A stretch of 27,195 nucleotides of DNA from a virus (taxonomy: Duplodnaviria > Caudoviricetes), in the IMG/VR virus record IMGVR_UViG_3300037743_000272, positions 1 to 27,195 of that record. The stretch is one strand, 5' to 3'. Of this stretch, positions 7,640 through 15,909 are shown in pieces; positions within the stretch are counted from its first letter, which is position 1, and every line of letters begins with the position of its first letter. Position numbers and translations under genes: made by a program. Below the pieces are notes generated by a model. That model made no database searches. It was not told the origin of the DNA and saw only the letters and a list, made by a program, of their open reading frames with translations.

Positions 7640-8893
7640 ATGGCTACCAAGCTCGTTGAGCTGCGGGAGAAGCGGGACGCGAAGGACGCTCTCGTTCGCC
7701 AGGTGCTGGATCAGGCAGGCGAAGACCTCGACTTCTCAAAGGTCAAGTGCCTGGGCGAGGGACTGGACACCCAGGCGAAGGTCGAGCAATTCCGCGGCCT
7801 GAACGCCGAGCTGGCAGACCTCGAAACCGACATCCGCGGGCGCGCGGCCCTTGAGGCCGCGGCGAAGGCGCGTGCCGCCAACGGCGACATCTCGCGCACC
7901 CCCGCCGGCCCGAGCGCCCCGCATCCTTCCGACGACGGTGAAGCGCGGTCCCCGGTCAGTATGAAGGCGATCGCGGACCGGCTCATCGCGTCCGAGGAGT
8001 ACAAGGCATACCGAGAAGACGGTGCCAAGGGCTTCTCGATGATGTTCGACGACGTCGACCTCAAGACGCTCATGTCCACGACGCAGGGCTGGGCGCCCGA
8101 CTCGGACCGGACGGGCAGGCTCGTCGAGGCGGTCACCCGCCCGATCCAGATCCTCGACCTCATCCCGGTGGGCGACACGGACTCGAACTCCGTCACCTAC
8201 TGGGAGGAGACGCTTCGCACGCACGGCGCAGCCGAAAAGGTCGAGGGCGCGGCCTACGCCGAGTCCGCGTTCGAGTGGACCGAGAAGACCTCCCAGGTCC
8301 GCAAGATCACCGATTCGCTGCCGGTGACGGACGAGCAGCTCGAGGACCGCTCGCAGCTGCGTACCCTGCTCGACCAGAGGCTCGGGTTCGGTGTGCGCCA
8401 GCGGCTCGACCTCCAGGTCGTGGACGGCGACGGCGTGCCGCCGAACCTGGAAGGCATCACCAACGTCGCCGGCATCCAGACGCAGGCGAAGGGCGCGGAT
8501 CCGCGCTTCGACGCAGTCCACAAGGGCATCACGAAGGTGCGTGTGACGGGCCGGGCGATGCCTGGTGCGATCGTGATGCACTCCAACGACTGGCAGGAGA
8601 TCCGTCTGACCCGGACCGCCGACGGAATCTACATCCTCGGCAACCCGGCGATCGCGGGTCCGATGCAGCTCTTCGGGCTCCCTGTCGCGCTCAACGAGGC
8701 GATCGACGAGAACACGGCGCTCGTCGGCGACTTCCAGAACTACTGCCGGATCTACGACCGCCGCGGTCTGTCGATTCAGGTCGGCTACGTCGGCGACCAG
8801 TTCAAGGAAGGCAAGCAGACGCTCCGTGCGGACATCCGCGTGGCGTTCGTCGTCGAGCGGCCGGCCGCCTTCTGCACCGTGACCGGCCTGTAG
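7640..8893 (+). CDS. Major capsid protein, HK97 fold with N-terminal delta/scaffold domain (417 aa)
   Basis: Coiled-coil N-terminus, EG.AYAES, VRKI...PVTDEQLED, GDG...NLEGI, LFGLPV, LVGDF, F......LRADIR....V.RPAAF. Start set at ATG 7640. Confidence 0.96.
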   Translation: MATKLVELREKRDAKDALVRQVLDQAGEDLDFSKVKCLGEGLDTQAKVEQFRGLNAELADLETDIRGRAALEAAAKARAANGDISRTPAGPSAPHPSDDGEARSPVSMKAIADRLIASEEYKAYREDGAKGFSMMFDDVDLKTLMSTTQGWAPDSDRTGRLVEAVTRPIQILDLIPVGDTDSNSVTYWEETLRTHGAAEKVEGAAYAESAFEWTEKTSQVRKITDSLPVTDEQLEDRSQLRTLLDQRLGFGVRQRLDLQVVDGDGVPPNLEGITNVAGIQTQAKGADPRFDAVHKGITKVRVTGRAMPGAIVMHSNDWQEIRLTRTADGIYILGNPAIAGPMQLFGLPVALNEAIDENTALVGDFQNYCRIYDRRGLSIQVGYVGDQFKEGKQTLRADIRVAFVVERPAAFCTVTGL

Positions 8894-8920
8894 GCCGGCA
8901 CCCAAGGGAGAGGACACAGC

Positions 8921-9178
8921 ATGGCAATCAACGGACTTCCTTTCGATCACTCGGTCGGCTTTGGTAACGGCGTGACCAATGGCAGCGATAACTTGATCAG
9001 CGGGATCAAGTCGGGCGACAACCTACTCGCGGTCATGTCGTGGCCGGATGCGGGGACGTCGGTTCGGGCAGATGACGTGGCCGACTTCACGGTCGGCGAT
9101 GGCGAGATCACTGCTGCCACGATCGACCTGTCCGGTCGTCAGGTCTGCGCCATTTGGACCAGCGCGCCGAGCAGCTGA
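8921..9178 (+). CDS. Hypothetical head-associated protein (85 aa)
   Basis: GAGAGGA RBS; directly after the capsid gene; beta-rich composition. Confidence 0.7.
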   Translation: MAINGLPFDHSVGFGNGVTNGSDNLISGIKSGDNLLAVMSWPDAGTSVRADDVADFTVGDGEITAATIDLSGRQVCAIWTSAPSS

Positions 9179-9501
9179 TGGGCGTGGTTGGTCCTGTCAA
9201 GCGCGCCGCGGTGGCGGCAGCCACGTCGGGTGACAACACCCTCGTGGCCGCTGTCGCCGGCAAGGCGATCCGCGTCTTGGCGCTCGTACTGGTGGCGTCT
9301 GGCGGCGCGATCTCGGTCCGACTCGAATCCGACGCCGGCGGCGCGGCTCTCACCGGCGTGATGGACATCGCGGACAACGGCCAGCTCGTGTTGCCGTACA
9401 ATCCGGCGGGCTGGGCCGTGACGGTTGCCGGCGAACTTCTCAACCTCGAACTCTCCGCGGCCACGGCGGTCGGGGGAGTGCTTCTCTACGTGGAGGATTG
9501 A
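9178..9501 (+). CDS. Hypothetical virion protein (107 aa), possible decoration protein
   Basis: TGATG overlap at 9176-9180; SGDNTLVAAVAGKAIRV...GELLNLELSAA..VGG.L.Y, a beta-sandwich-like pattern. Confidence 0.7.
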   Translation: MGVVGPVKRAAVAAATSGDNTLVAAVAGKAIRVLALVLVASGGAISVRLESDAGGAALTGVMDIADNGQLVLPYNPAGWAVTVAGELLNLELSAATAVGGVLLYVED

Positions 9502-9503
9502 CG

Positions 9504-9980
9504 ATGGGTGTGATCGAAGGCGCACGTAGCACCGACACCGGTGGCGGGCAGGCTGGGGGCGTCGCTATCGCCGACGTCGAGCTCACGTCCGCGCAGATCC
9601 TCGCGCTCAACGCGACACCGATCGCACTCGTCGCGGCTCCGGGAGCGAACAAGGCGCTCATTTTCGAGGGCGCCGTGATCCACAAGCCGGCCGGCACTGC
9701 CTACGCGGGCGTCGCGGCGGGCGAAGACTTGGCCATCAAGTACACGGACGCGAGCGGCGCCGAGGTCGGGCAGGCAGAGATGACCGGGTTCGCCGATCAG
9801 GCGACAGCCGAGTCGCGCTACATTCGGCCCGTCGTGCAGGGCACCGCACCGGTCTCGTCGTTCGAGCCCGTCGCCAACGCCGCGCTCGTGGCGCACATGC
9901 TCGTCGGGGAGATCATCACCGGCACCTCACCGTTCCGGTTCCGGGTCTATTACCGGATCGTCGACACGGTACTGAGCTGA
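9504..9980 (+). CDS. Hypothetical virion protein (158 aa), possible decoration protein
   Basis: GGAGG at 9492-9496; LTSAQILALNATPIALVAAPGA...RVYYR; lies in the head gene cluster. Confidence 0.7.
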   Translation: MGVIEGARSTDTGGGQAGGVAIADVELTSAQILALNATPIALVAAPGANKALIFEGAVIHKPAGTAYAGVAAGEDLAIKYTDASGAEVGQAEMTGFADQATAESRYIRPVVQGTAPVSSFEPVANAALVAHMLVGEIITGTSPFRFRVYYRIVDTVLS

Positions 9981-10381
9981 TGGCTACCCTGAAGGCTGAC
10001 CGGCGCCTGTACCTGACGGCGGACCGCTCAGAGGTCGTCGAGGAGGGGGACTCACGCGGCGCGTGGCTCCTGTGCGGAGCCGGCTCGCAGATCGGCGCTG
10101 GTGACGTGGACCGGTATGGGTTGAGCGAGAAGGGCGGTCGTATTGTGATCGGAGGGCGCAAGATGGCACCGGCGCCCGAGAACAAGATGCTTCCTGCCGC
10201 GGAGGACAAGACCGCGGAGGAGCCTGCCGACGACGACGAGCCGGCCGAAGACGTCCCCTCCGATTGGCCGCTCGACATGGAGCCGGAGGCGTACGTCGAA
10301 CGGTACCCGGATGGACCAAATGCCGACCTCGCCCGGCAGATCCTCGCGGCCCGAGACGAGGGCGACGCGGGTGAGTCGTGA
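9980..10381 (+). CDS. Small head-region protein (133 aa) with acidic linker
   Basis: ADRRLYLTADRSEVVEEGD...LL..AG..I N-terminal domain, PENKM motif; TGATG and GTGA overlaps. Confidence 0.75.
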   Translation: MATLKADRRLYLTADRSEVVEEGDSRGAWLLCGAGSQIGAGDVDRYGLSEKGGRIVIGGRKMAPAPENKMLPAAEDKTAEEPADDDEPAEDVPSDWPLDMEPEAYVERYPDGPNADLARQILAARDEGDAGES

Positions 10382-10977
10382 TCGACGTCGCGGACCTCCT
10401 CGCGTGGCTGGGAAATCCTAGCGAGCCTGGCGTCAGCGATCTGCTGACGGCACTGGAGGCTCGTGCCGTCGACATCGTCCAACAGGAAACCGAGCGCTAC
10501 TTCGGCGTCAGCGTCGCGCATACGGAGTATCTCTGCGGAGACGGCACCCTGTCGCTGACACTCGACGAGGCGCCAACCGTCATCACGAGCGTGGACGAGC
10601 GGAGCGTGGTCGGCGGGGACTGGACTACGATTGCCGCAGGCGACGACGACGGGTTCGAGATCAGGGCGCCGGTAAGCGATTCTGGTCGCGCGGTGCTGCT
10701 CCGAAAGGGCGGCGAGACCTGGCGGCACGGCTACGAGTATCGAGTGGTCTACCCGTTCGGGTACACGGCGGGACAGGAGCCTGGCGACATCAGGCAGGCA
10801 GTGATGGATCTGGTCGCGTTCAAGTACAACGAACGCGGTCGCGAGGGCCTGCGCTCCGAGACGATCGGCGATTACAGCTACACGGCCCTCGCGGATTCCA
10901 TGGGTAAGCGCGACCTCTTGTCGGTCCCCGGTCTCATGCGCACGCTCGCACGCTGGCGGGGGCCGGTCTACGCATGA
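10378..10977 (+). CDS. Head-tail adaptor (HK97 gp6 / SPP1 gp15-like)
   Basis: V.Y..GY....P.DIRQAV..LV...Y, SETIGDYSY; synteny. Confidence 0.85.
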   Translation: MIDVADLLAWLGNPSEPGVSDLLTALEARAVDIVQQETERYFGVSVAHTEYLCGDGTLSLTLDEAPTVITSVDERSVVGGDWTTIAAGDDDGFEIRAPVSDSGRAVLLRKGGETWRHGYEYRVVYPFGYTAGQEPGDIRQAVMDLVAFKYNERGREGLRSETIGDYSYTALADSMGKRDLLSVPGLMRTLARWRGPVYA

Positions 10978-11348
10978 CGATCCCCGCTCGTCACTTCGAT
11001 CACACCGTCACGGTCTGGGGCTCGGCCGACGTTCGCGGCTCGACGTTCGGCGACGTCTCGCGAGAGTGGTCGCAGGTTCCCGGCCAGAGCGACATCCGCA
11101 TAGCGATCCAGACTCGGCGCGAGACCCGCCAGGACGGCGGTCCCGGTGAGCGGGTCGTGGGCGAGTACGTCGGATTCGGGCACGCGTCGATGGACGTGAT
11201 CGAGGGCGACGTGATCGAGGTCATCTCCGGCCCCGAAGCGCACCACAACGAGGGCGATGTGCGGCTGCTCAAGGTAGACTCCGCCTACAAGCCGCGCGGC
11301 CGGCACATGCAGCTCGTGTTGATCCATTGGCCCGGAGAGCTCTCGTGA
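10974..11348 (+). CDS. Head closure/stopper protein (SPP1 gp16-like)
   Basis: HTVTV....G....W, DV..GD.I, H.QL.L pattern; follows the adaptor. Confidence 0.7.
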   Translation: MTIPARHFDHTVTVWGSADVRGSTFGDVSREWSQVPGQSDIRIAIQTRRETRQDGGPGERVVGEYVGFGHASMDVIEGDVIEVISGPEAHHNEGDVRLLKVDSAYKPRGRHMQLVLIHWPGELS

Positions 11349-11830
11349 TGGGGCTCCGCTTCGGCCGCACGATCGGCCTCGTGGGCATGGGCGACAAGGC
11401 CGCCGAACAGACGCTGCGTGACGTGCTGCGCGCGTCGATCAAGGCGGCTGACAAGATGGTGGCGCACACCAAGCGGATCCTCTCGGCTCGGGGTGACGGT
11501 CCATCGCGGCCAGGCTCCCCGCCCGCGATGCATGAGGGCATGCTGGTCGACGGGATCGGCCGTAGCGAGGGCATCGTCAACCGTGGCGCCGCGATCGTCG
11601 CGTGGGGCTTCGGCGTCGGCCGTGAGGCGCTCGCGAAGATGGAGGCCCACGCGGCCCGTCGTGGTGAGACGCTCGGCGAGATGTTCGCGATCGGCAACAT
11701 GAACGAGTTCGGCTCGGTCAACTACGCGCTCGCGCGCTCCCATCCGATGCGGCCGTTCGTCCGCCCGACGGAAGAAGCGCTCAAGGCTGAGGTCGTCGCC
11801 GACATCGAGCGAGCGATGGGGGTCCGGTGA
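11348..11830 (+). CDS. Neck protein, HK97 gp10-like (160 aa)
   Basis: PS.PG.PP....G.L, NEFG....HP.RPFVRP; synteny. Confidence 0.75.
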   Translation: MGLRFGRTIGLVGMGDKAAEQTLRDVLRASIKAADKMVAHTKRILSARGDGPSRPGSPPAMHEGMLVDGIGRSEGIVNRGAAIVAWGFGVGREALAKMEAHAARRGETLGEMFAIGNMNEFGSVNYALARSHPMRPFVRPTEEALKAEVVADIERAMGVR

Positions 11831-12225
11831 GATGGGATACCATCATCCCGACGTGCCTCGTGGCGCCGGTCGCGGCCGACTCGGACGTGCTGGCCGTGCT
11901 CGGCAACCCGCCCGCGTTCTACATGGCCGGCGAGCGCGAGTTCAAGGTCAACTCGATGCGCTGGACGCTCATCGCGAACACCGAGGGCGAGAACTACGAG
12001 GAGTCGCTCGTCCAGATCGATTTCTGGGTACGGTCGCTCGCGAACGTCCGGACCCTCGAGCGGGCGCTCCGTCGGCTGCTGCATCACGAGACCGAGGTCA
12101 CCATCGGCGGTCTGGAGCTCTGGAGCAAGTACATCGACAGCCGCCCGCTCACGGGGGCCACGGACGGCACGCTCGCCCGCGCGCTCGACTTCCGGCTGAC
12201 GTATCTCCGCGAGAGGTACACGTGA
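11827..12225 (+). CDS. Tail terminator/completion protein (SPP1 gp17-like)
   Basis: VQIDFW...L...LRRLL pattern; between neck and tail tube. Confidence 0.7.
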   Translation: MRWDTIIPTCLVAPVAADSDVLAVLGNPPAFYMAGEREFKVNSMRWTLIANTEGENYEESLVQIDFWVRSLANVRTLERALRRLLHHETEVTIGGLELWSKYIDSRPLTGATDGTLARALDFRLTYLRERYT

Positions 12226-12596
12226 GCACGGTCACTGCCGCCGTCCTCGTCGCTGGCGCACTTGCCTGCGTGCTGGTCGACCACCTGTTGCGTCTTCGGC
12301 GCGCCTCCCGGTTCGCGATACCGGAACAGCCGGAGCCGTCCGTCCCCGACCCGTTCGAACCCCACGAAAGCGAGACTCGCATGAGCATGTCCGATCAGCA
12401 ACTACGCACCCTGGGCCTCGCCCACGTCCGCAGGGCCGTCGCCAGCGGGAAGGCCAAGCCAGCCGATATCCAGCGCTGGAAGAAGGAGCTCGGCGAGGAC
12501 GCGGTTCAGGGCATCGTCGATGCCGCCAAAGACACAACGGCTACCGCGCCCGCGCCCGCGTCGCGCAAGAAGGCCACCACCGCCCGGGAGGAGTAA
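12222..12596 (+). CDS. Hypothetical protein (124 aa; N-terminal hydrophobic helix if GTG 12222 is used)
   Basis: GTGA overlap at 12222-12225; alternative starts ATG 12381/12387. Confidence 0.55.
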   Translation: MSTVTAAVLVAGALACVLVDHLLRLRRASRFAIPEQPEPSVPDPFEPHESETRMSMSDQQLRTLGLAHVRRAVASGKAKPADIQRWKKELGEDAVQGIVDAAKDTTATAPAPASRKKATTAREE

Positions 12597-12599
12597 CCC

Positions 12600-13259
12600 A
12601 TGGATCTGCTCGACCTCACCGCCCAAATCAGGGCCATCGGCCGAGGCTCGGTGTTCTATGCGCCGGGCGCGTTCGCCGGCTCGGGCACGGCGCTCGTCGC
12701 CAACCTGGTCCACCTCGGCGACACCGAGGGCGAGATCAGTATCGAGTTGAACGACTCGTATTCGACGCTTACCCTGCCCGAGCTCACGGGTGCGGCCGCG
12801 CACGACAAGTACCTCGAGGGGCTCGATCCGCGGGTCACGATCCCGCTCTACGCAGCCGACGACGCGCTCCGTGCGATCGTGTCGCCGACGGGGTCCGCGA
12901 GCGGCGGCTTCCAGCGGCGGCGCGCCGTGACTGAGTACACGATGGCGATCCTGCCCGAGCAGGTTTTCATCGAGGCGAACGCCCAGGTCACGGTCGACTA
13001 CACGACCGCTGGGGGTTGGACGGTTGGCGGCGACGCCGCGACAGCCGCTCAGGAAGCGCTGCTTGACCTCGGGATCTGGTTCTGGCGCGGCCACTTCACC
13101 GCGACGCCGCCGATGTACAAGCACGAGGACGGCGGCAAGGTCGTGCAGCAGGTCGTGTTCCACGTGATGCACAACGGCGCGATGCCGGACGGGCACCACC
13201 TGTTCACGATCGGGCGGCCGGAGGAGGCCACGCCCGCGATCGAGATCCACACGGCCTAA
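12600..13259 (+). CDS. Major tail (tube) protein (219 aa)
   Basis: Strong GGGAGGAG RBS; IG.G.V.Y....HLGDTEG.I pattern; precedes chaperones and tape measure; no sheath gene present. Confidence 0.75.
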   Translation: MDLLDLTAQIRAIGRGSVFYAPGAFAGSGTALVANLVHLGDTEGEISIELNDSYSTLTLPELTGAAAHDKYLEGLDPRVTIPLYAADDALRAIVSPTGSASGGFQRRRAVTEYTMAILPEQVFIEANAQVTVDYTTAGGWTVGGDAATAAQEALLDLGIWFWRGHFTATPPMYKHEDGGKVVQQVVFHVMHNGAMPDGHHLFTIGRPEEATPAIEIHTA

Positions 13260-13735
13260 TGGCGCTCAACCGGATCCCGCGCGCCGAACTCGAGCGCATG
13301 GCGCGCGAGGGGTACGCGCGCGAGTTCCCCCAGCGGCCGGGGCCTGCCCCCCGTGCCCGGAACGCTGGGGCCACGCTCCACGTGCTCGGAGCCGAGCGCA
13401 TGGCGTTCGTCTTCAGGGGCGTCGCGTACGAGATCGTGCCCGTCAGCTTCGAGGACGGGATCCGCCTCAGCGAAGTGCGCCAGGCGCTTGCGGAGGCCGA
13501 GGACGATGAGCGCCTGACGCCTGAGGTCGCACGCGACGCACGCAAGGCGCTCCGGTTCGTCGTCGGCCTGGCACCGAAGTACCTGCGCCCCCTGCGCTTG
13601 CCCGCGCGGCTCCTCTGGGCGCTCCGACTTCGCCGCAACCCCTACCGCAGAGCGACCGAAGTGGAGGTCGGTCAGCTCCTGGGTTTTTTCTGGGGGTGCA
13701 GGATGACGTCGCGCGCCCGGTCCCTGCCCACCTGA
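13259..13735 (+). CDS. Tail assembly chaperone (lambda gpG analogue, 158 aa)
   Basis: Between tail tube and tape measure; slippery site near its 3' end. Confidence 0.8.
   Translation: MALNRIPRAELERMAREGYAREFPQRPGPAPRARNAGATLHVLGAERMAFVFRGVAYEIVPVSFEDGIRLSEVRQALAEAEDDERLTPEVARDARKALRFVVGLAPKYLRPLRLPARLLWALRLRRNPYRRATEVEVGQLLGFFWGCRMTSRARSLPT
13681..13690 (+). promoter_or_regulatory. Programmed -1 ribosomal frameshift site
   Basis: GGGTTTTTTC gives two in-frame X XXY YYZ heptamers (G GGT TTT 13681-13687, T TTT TTC 13684-13690); the -1 frame is open to 13956. Confidence 0.85.
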
Positions 13736-13956
13736 GGAGCGCCGGTGCCGCCGACATCCTCGACCAAGCGCTCGAGTTCCGCGTCGGCTTCGGCGCCTGG
13801 CCTCGCACATGGGCTGAGTTCGTGCACGGCATGGGCCACCTCTCCCGCGCCGCTGCTGCCGAGAAGCTCCGGATCGCGGATGCCGTCGCGGCCACGAAGA
13901 ACCCGGACGGCTGGCAGCAGTGGGCGCGCGATCACCGCACGCTCTCGGGTGGTTGA
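13687..13956 (+). CDS. Frameshift extension of the tail chaperone (gpT analogue; G-T fusion 13259..13956, about 232 aa)
   Basis: Track ORF 13696..13956 is exactly the -1 frame of 13259..13735 and ends 9 nt before the tape measure ATG. Confidence 0.8.
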   Translation, partial: FLGVQDDVARPVPAHLRSAGAADILDQALEFRVGFGAWPRTWAEFVHGMGHLSRAAAAEKLRIADAVAATKNPDGWQQWARDHRTLSGG

Positions 13957-13965
13957 GGTGAGCGC

Positions 13966-15909
13966 ATGATCCGCCGCCTCATCCAACTCGTTCTCGACGC
14001 GAACGCAGCCAAGAAGCTAGAGCGCGAGGTCGACCGCTCGATGGGCAGGATTGCCCGCGAGTCGGAATCGAAGATGAAGGTCGCCTTCCGTCGCATCGGC
14101 CTCGCGGTCGCCGCCGCGTTCAGCGTCCGGGCTGTCACCCGGTTCGCGCGCGAGATGCTCCGGCTCGGATCGTCGGCCGAGGAGACGGCGTCCAAGTTCG
14201 GCACCGTGTTTGGACAGGAGCGCGCTGCCGAGCTCGACGGCTTCCTGGATCGATTCGCCCGGATCGCGGGGCTGACGCGCACCGAAGGCCGCGAGATGCT
14301 GGCCAACTTCGGCGCGATCTTCCAAGGCGCGGGCCTCGCCGCCGACGCGTCGGCGGATTTGTCGGAACAGGCGGTCCGCATGGCCGCCGACTTCCAGTCG
14401 TTCCACGACATACCGATCGCCGAGACGTTCGCCGCGATCCGGTCGGGGGCTACGGGCGAAGCCGAGCCGCTCAAGCGCCTCGGGATCATCCTGCGTGCGG
14501 TCGACGTCGACACTCTCGCACTGGCCAACTCCAACAAGACACTAGCCAAGGATCTGACCGAACAGGAACGCGTCGTCGCTCGGATGCAGCTTATCTACGA
14601 GAAGGCCGGCGTCGCGGTCGGTGACTTGGCTCGCACGCAGGACTCGACCGCGAACCGCGTCCGGAACCTGACGACGTGGTTCCGCCAACTCCGTGAAGAC
14701 CTAGCGATCGGTCTGCTTCCGGTGTTCCGGCTGGCGGTCATCGAGATCGGCAACGCGAGCGGTCTGTTCGACGGACTCTCCGGCGCCGTCCAGGGTTTGA
14801 CGGTCTGGATCCGCGAGAACCTGGCCGCGATCCGGGACTGGGGCGTCGCGGTCGTGCGGGTGGCCCAGGCGACGATCGAGACGGTCCGGTTCATGGCCCG
14901 CATGGTCATAAACTCGTTCGACGTCATCGGCACGTCGCTGGCGCTCTGGCTGGCTGGCGCCAGGCAGGATGTCGCCCGGCTCGTCAACTCCGTCATCGAG
15001 GGCTTCAACAAGATTCCGGGCGTCGACATCGAGTTCCGGATGAACCAGCTGACGCCTGAGGAGTTCGCTGAGCAGCAGCGACTCCTCCAGGAGGACATCG
15101 CCGGCAACGCGGCCGATATGGCCGATGCGCTCGGCGATCTCGCTGAGTCGTACCGGGACGTCGGACGTGCGGCGGTGGAAGCCGCCACGGGCCAGCGCGA
15201 AGCGGCGAGCGTGCCGCCCCCCGCTCCGGTAGTCCCGCCTCCGACGCCTGGCGGCGACGGGGAAGACGACGACGAGCTGGAGGAGGCGAACGCGCGCTTT
15301 CTGCGCCGGCTCGAAACGCAGGCCCGTGCTGCTGAAGCGGCCAAGAAGTTCCGCGATAAGGAGATGCAGGAGCTCCGGGACGCGGCGGTCCCCGTCGCCC
15401 AGGAGATGACCGCGGCTTTCGAGACGTTCTTCCTTTCCGCCGCCACGGGCTTCGAGGCGCAGGGCGGGATCTGGGCGGCTGCGGGTGACGCCGCACGCGA
15501 AGCCGGCGCCGCGATCGTCTCGGGGCTCGTGGCGGGCAGGGCCGAAGAGCAGATCGCTCAGGGCACGGCCGCGCTCGCGTCCGGCCTCTGGCCGCCGAAC
15601 CCGGCGGCGATCGCGGCGTCGCTCAAGCACTTCGCGGCCGCCGCGCTGTTCAAGGCGATCCCCGGAGCAATCGCGGGCCGCGGTGGTGGGTCTGGTGTGG
15701 GCGGTGGCGGCTCGATCCCGCGCGGCGCGCTCGGCACGTCGGTACCCGGCACGCGCGACGTGCCCGGCCCTGAAATACATGTGTACTTGGATCAACTCTC
15801 GCCAGCAGATCCACGTTTTCAGAGGGTTGTCCTGGGCGCCGTGCAGAACGCGCAGGAGCGCTTCGGGCCGAGTGTGAGGGTGAACCTGCACCCGAGGTCG
15901 TCAGCATGA
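13966..15909 (+). CDS. Tape measure protein (647 aa)
   Basis: Ala-rich helical protein; ET.SKF..VFG, AAD..SF.D, AIRSG.TGEAEPLKRLGI, GDLART.DS.AN; GAGGTG RBS; follows G/T. Confidence 0.92.
   Translation: MIRRLIQLVLDANAAKKLEREVDRSMGRIARESESKMKVAFRRIGLAVAAAFSVRAVTRFAREMLRLGSSAEETASKFGTVFGQERAAELDGFLDRFARIAGLTRTEGREMLANFGAIFQGAGLAADASADLSEQAVRMAADFQSFHDIPIAETFAAIRSGATGEAEPLKRLGIILRAVDVDTLALANSNKTLAKDLTEQERVVARMQLIYEKAGVAVGDLARTQDSTANRVRNLTTWFRQLREDLAIGLLPVFRLAVIEIGNASGLFDGLSGAVQGLTVWIRENLAAIRDWGVAVVRVAQATIETVRFMARMVINSFDVIGTSLALWLAGARQDVARLVNSVIEGFNKIPGVDIEFRMNQLTPEEFAEQQRLLQEDIAGNAADMADALGDLAESYRDVGRAAVEAATGQREAASVPPPAPVVPPPTPGGDGEDDDELEEANARFLRRLETQARAAEAAKKFRDKEMQELRDAAVPVAQEMTAAFETFFLSAATGFEAQGGIWAAAGDAAREAGAAIVSGLVAGRAEEQIAQGTAALASGLWPPNPAAIAASLKHFAAAALFKAIPGAIAGRGGGSGVGGGGSIPRGALGTSVPGTRDVPGPEIHVYLDQLSPADPRFQRVVLGAVQNAQERFGPSVRVNLHPRSSA

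Noticed and set aside
7736-8950. Long minus-strand ORFs opposite the capsid gene (also 14701-15891, 25593-26636, 12402-13250)
   Set aside because: Codon-aligned antisense shadows expected in GC-rich genes; no RBS, coupling or recognisable motifs.
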